The position numbers and the translations under genes are program-made. The notes under the pieces were generated by a model that was given only the letters and a program-made list of their open reading frames with translations, searched no databases and was not told the origin of the DNA. DNA of 42,243 nucleotides from an uncultured Bacteroidales bacterium (GTDB taxonomy: Bacteria > Bacteroidota > Bacteroidia > Bacteroidales > UBA3824): positions 1 to 42,243 of the forward strand of contig CAJOGF010000009.1 of assembly GCA_905233995.1 (NCBI GenBank), read 5' to 3'. Shown here one piece after another: positions 36,694 through 42,243 of the stretch (position 1 is the first letter of the stretch; each line of letters begins with the position of its first letter).

Positions 36694-38107
36694 ATGAGCA
36701 AACTGAGAGGAACAAACGTATTTTATTCGTTGGACTGGCCTGTATTGATACTTTATTCTATACTTGTTTTTATGGGTTGGCTCAATATTTACGCTGCTGT
36801 TTACGATGATAAATATAGCAGTATATTTGATTTAGGTGCTCGTTACGGCAAACAACTTGTTTGGATAGGCATCGCTTACGTTATTATTGTGTTGGTAATG
36901 GCTTCTAATTATCGTATTTATTCTGTTTTGTCATATTTTATTTATGGCGGTATAATATTGATGTTAGCAATGGTGCTTGTTGTGGGAAAGGAAAGTCATG
37001 GTGCAAAGTCGTGGTTTGAGATTGGAAGTGCTTTTAAAATTCAACCCTCGGAGTTTGCTAAATTTGCAACGGCTCTTGCTCTGTCGAAGTTTATGTCAGC
37101 ATTTGATTATGATATGACCAAATTGAAAAATCTTTTGATTTCTGTCGGGATAATTATTTTGCCTGCAGGACTTATTCTGTTGCAGCCTGACATGGGGTCT
37201 GTTTTGGTTTATTTCAGTATGATTTTTGTATTTTATAGGGAAGGTCTTTCGGGGATTTTTCTCTGGCTTGTAGTTTTGGGGATAGGTATTTTTGTTACGA
37301 CGCTTCAATATCAGTTGATTGTGGTTATAGCCGCGCTGGTGGTTGTGGCTTTTATTTGGTATTTGGTGATGGGCAAAAATATGGTAAATGCTCTTATTGG
37401 ATTAGGCTCTATTGTGGGACTATCGGCTCTATTGTGGGTTGTAAACCATTTTTTTCTAAATGATAAGTTTGAACTTTATATCTTGATAGTTGCTTCTTGT
37501 GTAATCTTGATGCCGTGTGTGGTGATATATAGTTACATAAAAAAAGAGTGGATAGCCTCTTTTATAATGCTTGGACTTATTGCGTTGTTCGCTGTTGTGT
37601 TTTCGGTTGACTTTGTGTTCAATAATGTTATGACAGCACATCAACAGACACTTATAAACGTGTTTTTGGGTCTTGAAAACGATCCACAAGGTACTGAATA
37701 TAACGTTGTTCAGAGTAAGATTGCTATTGGTTCGGGTGGATTTGCTGGCAAAGGTTATTTGCAAGGAACACAAACTAAATTTAATTTTGTGCCAGAACAA
37801 GCAACTGACTTTATTTTCTGGCTTTGTGGGCTCTGTTGTGGTAATTGGATTGTTTGTGGCTCTGATTCTTAGGATTATTTTTTTGGCTGAAAAACAACGC
37901 TCGGCATTTGCCAGAATTTATGGTTATTGTGTTGCAAGTATTTTGTTTTTTCATATTGCGATTAATTTGGGCATGACAATTGGTTTGGTGCCTGTGATTG
38001 GTATTCCTTTGCCGTTTTTTTCATACGGAGGTAGTTCGTTGTGGTCGTTTACAATTTTGCTTTTTATTTTTGTTAGGCTTGACGCTTCAAGAGACGAACT
38101 TCTGTAA
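36694..38107 (+). pseudogene. rodA: SEDS-family peptidoglycan polymerase RodA, interrupted near 37815-37822
   Basis: The frame is intact up to ..[11 protein letters not shown]. The conserved xxxGEExG segment is absent, and the continuation [12 protein letters not shown]...GLVPVIGIPLPFFSYGGSSL is in another frame (ORF 37673-38107). Confidence 0.8.
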
Positions 38108-38123
38108 CGAAAAAAAATTTTTT

Positions 38124-40109
38124 ATGTTGAGATTTTGGAGTATTGTTGTAATTTGTTTTGTTGTGCCTTTACGCATTGTTGCTCAGGATGTTGAAGCAAT
38201 AATGAGTGAAATTATTGAAGAGGTTTCTAATTCTGACGATGAAAACTTTTCCGAGTCTTTTGCCTTAGAAATGTTAGAAGACTTGTTACAAAATCCCATT
38301 AATCTCAACACTTGCAGTTTTGAGGATTTGAAAAATATACCTTTTCTATCTGATTATCAGATAAATGCAATTTTGGAATACAGAATAGAAAATTTTAGGT
38401 TTTATTCTTTGGGCGAACTTAAAGGCATTGAAGCACTGTCTCAAAAAGAATTGAAATATTTAAAATATGTTTTAACAATTTCGGATTTGTCGTCTAAAGA
38501 AAAACAAAATGTCAAGAAAAAAAATTATGTATCGCAGACATTTTCAACAACTTTCAAAACTGTCTTTGAAATTCCTAAAGGCTACAAAAAAGATTCGTTA
38601 GGAAATTCTGCTTTTTTGGGTAGTCCGCAATATTTGTCTGTCAGATACCGTTGCAAAATTTCTGACAAATTGTCATTCGGTTTCGCTTCAGAAAAAGATC
38701 CTGGCGAGGCTTTTGAAATCAAAAACAAAAAATACGGTTTCGATTTTAATTCAGGATATATAAAAATTGCAAATTGTGGCTTTTTGGAAAAATTGATTAT
38801 CGGAGATTTTGCCGTAAAGGTTTCTGAAGGGTTGTTGTATTCAAATGGTTATTTCGGCGGGAAATTCTTGACAGGTTCGTTTTTGGGTGCTTCAAATGTT
38901 TTAAAGGAGTATACTTCGCTAAATGAGGTTAATTTTTTTAGAGGCACCGCCGCTTTGATAAGATTCAAAAGATTTTTTTTGACTACTTTTTTTAGTCGTA
39001 ATTATTTGGATGCTAAAGTTTTAGATGATTCGTTTTCGGCTTTTAAATTAGACGGTTACCACAGAACCGAAAGCGAAAAGCAAAAAGAAAACACCGTTTT
39101 AAGAAATCTTGTTGGAATGGTTATGACGTATAATTACAAAAAAACAAGAATTTCAGCCGCTTATCAATTCTATAATTTCAACAAAGAATTTTGCCCCGAA
39201 GATAACCTTTCAAATGTAAATTATTATCGACACAAGAAAAATTCGTTTTTGTCTTTAAGTTATGAATATGCTTCTAAACTATGTGGATTCAAAACAGAAG
39301 TGTCCGTTGATAAAAACTTTAATCATGCGGTGCTTGGAATGTTGCTTTTCAAGCCTGTTAATTTCCTTAATTTCAGTTTTTTGTATCGAAATTATTCAAA
39401 AAAATATCTCTGTTTTACGGCAAATTCTTTTGCTGAAAATTCCAAAGTTTCCAACGAAGACGGTTTGTTTTTTTCGTCATCTTTTTCGCCTTTTAAGTTT
39501 CTTACTATTGACCTTTGGGCTGATGTTTTTAGGTTTTTGTGGTTGAAACCAAATCTCTTGAAACCTTCTTCTGGTTATGAATTGTTTTGTAGAGCGTTGA
39601 TTGAACCGATACGAAAATTCAGCATCGAATTGCGTTATCGACAAAAAATAAAGGACGAAGAACAGAAAAGTAAAACTGAACTTTTTAGATTAGTATTTAA
39701 GTATTTGATTTCCAACAAATTATCTTTTGCTAATTTTGTACAATTAAACACGAATTCATATTCTCAAACCTTTGAGTCTGGACACCTTATTTATTCTGAC
39801 ATTGGTTTCAAAGGCTTAAAAGAAACTTTTTCCGTAGACTTGCGTTATGCCTTGTTTTCGTCGCCTTACATAACCAGACTTTATGCTTACGAAAGTGATG
39901 TTTCTTATTCGTTTTCTTTTCCGTCATACTATTATAAAGGTGTCAGATATTATTTGTTTTTTGGGTATAAATTTTCAAAACTATTTTCTGTGCAGTTAAA
40001 ATTATCCCGTACAAGATATTTGGACAGAAATTCTTATTCTTCGGGCGTTAATTTTGTGTCAAAACCCTCAAAAACGGAACTTCATTTTTTGTTAAAATTG
40101 AAGTTCTAA
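38124..40109 (+). CDS. Secreted protein with a ComEA-like helix-hairpin-helix domain fused to a large beta-rich (outer-membrane barrel-like) domain
   Basis: Signal peptide MLRFWSIVVICFVVPLRIVAQ. HhH segments NLNTCSFEDLKNIPFLSDYQINAILEYR and LGELKGIEALSQKELKYL, then ~540 aa of alternating aromatic beta pattern ending ...LKLKF. The start is set at the internal ATG 38124, after the rodA stop. Confidence 0.7.
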   Translation: MLRFWSIVVICFVVPLRIVAQDVEAIMSEIIEEVSNSDDENFSESFALEMLEDLLQNPINLNTCSFEDLKNIPFLSDYQINAILEYRIENFRFYSLGELKGIEALSQKELKYLKYVLTISDLSSKEKQNVKKKNYVSQTFSTTFKTVFEIPKGYKKDSLGNSAFLGSPQYLSVRYRCKISDKLSFGFASEKDPGEAFEIKNKKYGFDFNSGYIKIANCGFLEKLIIGDFAVKVSEGLLYSNGYFGGKFLTGSFLGASNVLKEYTSLNEVNFFRGTAALIRFKRFFLTTFFSRNYLDAKVLDDSFSAFKLDGYHRTESEKQKENTVLRNLVGMVMTYNYKKTRISAAYQFYNFNKEFCPEDNLSNVNYYRHKKNSFLSLSYEYASKLCGFKTEVSVDKNFNHAVLGMLLFKPVNFLNFSFLYRNYSKKYLCFTANSFAENSKVSNEDGLFFSSSFSPFKFLTIDLWADVFRFLWLKPNLLKPSSGYELFCRALIEPIRKFSIELRYRQKIKDEEQKSKTELFRLVFKYLISNKLSFANFVQLNTNSYSQTFESGHLIYSDIGFKGLKETFSVDLRYALFSSPYITRLYAYESDVSYSFSFPSYYYKGVRYYLFFGYKFSKLFSVQLKLSRTRYLDRNSYSSGVNFVSKPSKTELHFLLKLKF

Positions 40110-42243
40110 TAAATTTCTTCGTCCTCTACAACAATATTTAAAATACCTTCAGTTTTGGAAAGTTTGTTGACAAGTTTTTCCAAATGCTCCTGACTTCTAA
40201 CGTAAATTTCAAGTTGACCAGAAAAACTACAATCATCGGTTTCGATATGAATCATTTTGAGATTCAAATCAAGTTCTTGCGAGATTATTGTTATTATTTT
40301 TTGAGCAATTCCTTTTCTGTCAACACCTTCGAGATTAATTTTTGCTATTCCAGAGGCTTCTTTTGAAACGTTCCAACTTACTGGAATTAAGCATAAAGGA
40401 TTCTCTTTTACTTTTATTTGTGCGTATAGACAACTTTTTTTGTGTATAAAAATACAACTTTTGTCTTCGGTCATGATACCGATTGCGTCATCACCGGGCA
40501 ACGTGTTGCAACATTCGGCAAGTTGATAATTTACATCGCCCGTATCGCTCAGAAGGTCTTTGATGCCTGAAGTTTTAACGTTTTTATCACCACCAAACTG
40601 AAGTTTCCAAAATCTTACCAACGTATTGCCGACAGATTTTTTTATGAAATTTTCCAATTCAGTACGTGTGATTACGCCTGTAAAGATTCTCTGATAAAGG
40701 TCTGATTTGATGTTCAATCCGAACTCTGACATCAAAGAATTTGTTAATTCTGTCTCGTCTTGAACTTTGTATTTGATGAAAAGATTGTGTAAAGTATTTT
40801 GACCTTCAGCAATTTCAACTTTTATAAAATCGTGCAATTGCTCTTGCAAAATTGAATAAGCCTGTGGTGTCTTGACAATCTGAAGCCATTCAGGTTTTGG
40901 CTCTGTGTAATTGCTTGTTATCGGTTCCACTAAATCTCCGTTGTGGAGAATTGTGGAAATTGACATCATTTTGTGATTAACTTTTGCTCCTATGCACGCA
41001 TTTGCAACTTCAGGATTGCTAAGGTATGCGTAATCCAAAACTGTTGCCCCAGAAGGAAGCACGGTAATGTCTCCTTCGGGCGAATATACTGACATTTCGT
41101 CGGAAACAAGAAGTTTGAAGTCTCCCAAAAAGTCAAAATTTCTTGTATTTGGATCTTCCAACCTGTCTTTTATTTGTTTGAGTTTTATATCAAACTCGGT
41201 TTTTTGGTCTTTTATGCCTTTGTATTGCCAATGAGTTGCAAAACCGTATTCGGCAATAAAATTCATTCGTTCGCTGCGGATTTGTATTTCCACCCAACGT
41301 TTGGTATTGTTGTCATAAACGGTTATGTGATAGGCTTCATAGCCGTTTGTTTTTGGAGTCGTTACCCAATCGCGAGTTCTTTCGGGGTGTACGTAATAGT
41401 CATCTGAAATCAGTTTGACTATTTTCATACATTCTTCTTTTTCTTTATCTTTGTCAGAAGGGGTGAAAATGATTCTTAACGCAAATTTGTCGTAAACCTC
41501 GTCGAAAGAAACGTGTTTTTTTTGCATTTTTTGATAAATGGAATAAATGCTTTTTGGTCGTCCTTTTATGTCGAATTTAATGCCGTTTTGAACAAGTTTT
41601 GCGATAATCGGAAGACTAAACTGATTTATGTATCTTAACGACTCATTTTCAGAAAGTTGCATCAAGGAGTTAATCTCTTTGTAAGCATCGTTTTCAAGAA
41701 ATTTGAAAACAAGAGTTTCAAGTTCGGTTTTTATTTTGTTTTGACCAAGTCTATGAGCCAAAGGAATATAAATTTGTCTTGTCTCGTATGCTACTTTAAA
41801 TTGGTCTTCTTTTGCTCTTACTTCCAATGTTCTTAAATTTGCTAACCTGTCAGCAAGTTTTATAAGTATAATTCTGACATCAGCCGTAAGACCGAGAATG
41901 ATTTTTTTGTAAACCTCCGGCTCCGAATCTTTGAAATATTCGCTTGTACCTTTTACTTTTACAAGTGAGTCTACAATCATTGCCGTTTCTTCATCGAAAA
42001 GGTTTGCAATGTCGTCGAGGACAACTAAATCGGCATCGCAAAAAATAACACGGTCATAATTTTGCATTAAAGTAGGAGCGAGAATTCTAAAATAAATTTC
42101 ACTCGAATATTTCGTATTATTAAGTCTCGATTCTAAATAGAAATTATAACCATAAATTAGTGGTGAAACATCAACAAATCGTATTGAAAAGTTTTGGTGA
42201 TATTTGATTTGTGCAAGCAATTTAAATTGATTTTCATCATTGA
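40106..42243 (-). CDS. Chimeric ORF open at the window edge: glycosyltransferase family 8 N-terminal fragment fused in frame to a RelA/SpoT homolog lacking the N-terminal half of its HD hydrolase domain
   Basis: The GT8 part is encoded at ~42243-41996: FSIRFVDV...YFRILAPTLMQNYDRVIFCDADLVVLDDIANLF. The RelA/SpoT part runs from ~41990 down: IILIKLADRLANLRTL, synthetase motifs RPKSIYSIYQKM, DKFALRIIF, YEAYHITV and EIQIRSERM..HWQYK, a TGS domain, and a C-terminal ACT-like domain. The ORF has no stop before the window end. Confidence 0.75.
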   Translation of the reverse strand, partial: NDENQFKLLAQIKYHQNFSIRFVDVSPLIYGYNFYLESRLNNTKYSSEIYFRILAPTLMQNYDRVIFCDADLVVLDDIANLFDEETAMIVDSLVKVKGTSEYFKDSEPEVYKKIILGLTADVRIILIKLADRLANLRTLEVRAKEDQFKVAYETRQIYIPLAHRLGQNKIKTELETLVFKFLENDAYKEINSLMQLSENESLRYINQFSLPIIAKLVQNGIKFDIKGRPKSIYSIYQKMQKKHVSFDEVYDKFALRIIFTPSDKDKEKEECMKIVKLISDDYYVHPERTRDWVTTPKTNGYEAYHITVYDNNTKRWVEIQIRSERMNFIAEYGFATHWQYKGIKDQKTEFDIKLKQIKDRLEDPNTRNFDFLGDFKLLVSDEMSVYSPEGDITVLPSGATVLDYAYLSNPEVANACIGAKVNHKMMSISTILHNGDLVEPITSNYTEPKPEWLQIVKTPQAYSILQEQLHDFIKVEIAEGQNTLHNLFIKYKVQDETELTNSLMSEFGLNIKSDLYQRIFTGVITRTELENFIKKSVGNTLVRFWKLQFGGDKNVKTSGIKDLLSDTGDVNYQLAECCNTLPGDDAIGIMTEDKSCIFIHKKSCLYAQIKVKENPLCLIPVSWNVSKEASGIAKINLEGVDRKGIAQKIITIISQELDLNLKMIHIETDDCSFSGQLEIYVRSQEHLEKLVNKLSKTEGILNIVVEDEEIY

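Noticed and set aside
37998-38123. N-terminal extensions of ORF-track models. Examples: 37998 for the HhH protein, 2627, 8560, 11886, 12794, 13580, 18206, 25625, 31322 and 32256.
   Set aside because: The extensions overlap upstream genes or promoter boxes and encode non-homologous residues. Internal ATGs immediately precede signal peptides or conserved N-termini, so shorter models were used.

Overview
This is a 42.2-kb low-GC chromosomal segment. Hand-counted 60-nt samples give about 33% GC in housekeeping genes. It looks Bacteroidota/Bacteroidales-like: TAnnTTTG -7 boxes lie 25-50 nt upstream of many start codons, and it encodes SpII-type lipoproteins, a GH43 enzyme and a PorT-type outer-membrane protein.

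Contents:
- Housekeeping genes: era, dnaN, truA, rlmD, kdsC, pdxK-like, metY, metA, an aroE-aroK fusion, aroA, mrdA, rodA and a RelA/SpoT homolog.
- Three paralogous sensor-PP2C (SpoIIE-family) phosphatases, two of them in tandem.
- A large EF-hand membrane protein.
- One tRNA-Ser(CGA).
- A roughly 7-kb GC-elevated accessory island (about 22.1-29.2 kb) abutting that tRNA. It holds lipoproteins, GH43, and a decayed ECF sigma / anti-sigma pair. That pair is split by an antisense AAA+ (DUF4143-type) ATPase gene and an array of eight 22-bp tandem repeats.

Most unusual observations:
1. The iteron-like 22-bp array sits directly at the ATPase start.
2. At least six genes are interrupted by what look like short out-of-frame deletions or a fusion deletion: the second SpoIIE paralog, the ECF sigma factor, aroA, mrdA, rodA and relA/spoT. 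This suggests ongoing reductive gene decay, including loss of the elongasome.
3. Five of seven convergent gene pairs end in an identical 4-nt stop-codon overlap.

I saw no CRISPR array, rRNA, transposase or integrase. All product calls come from motif recognition by eye; no database search was possible.
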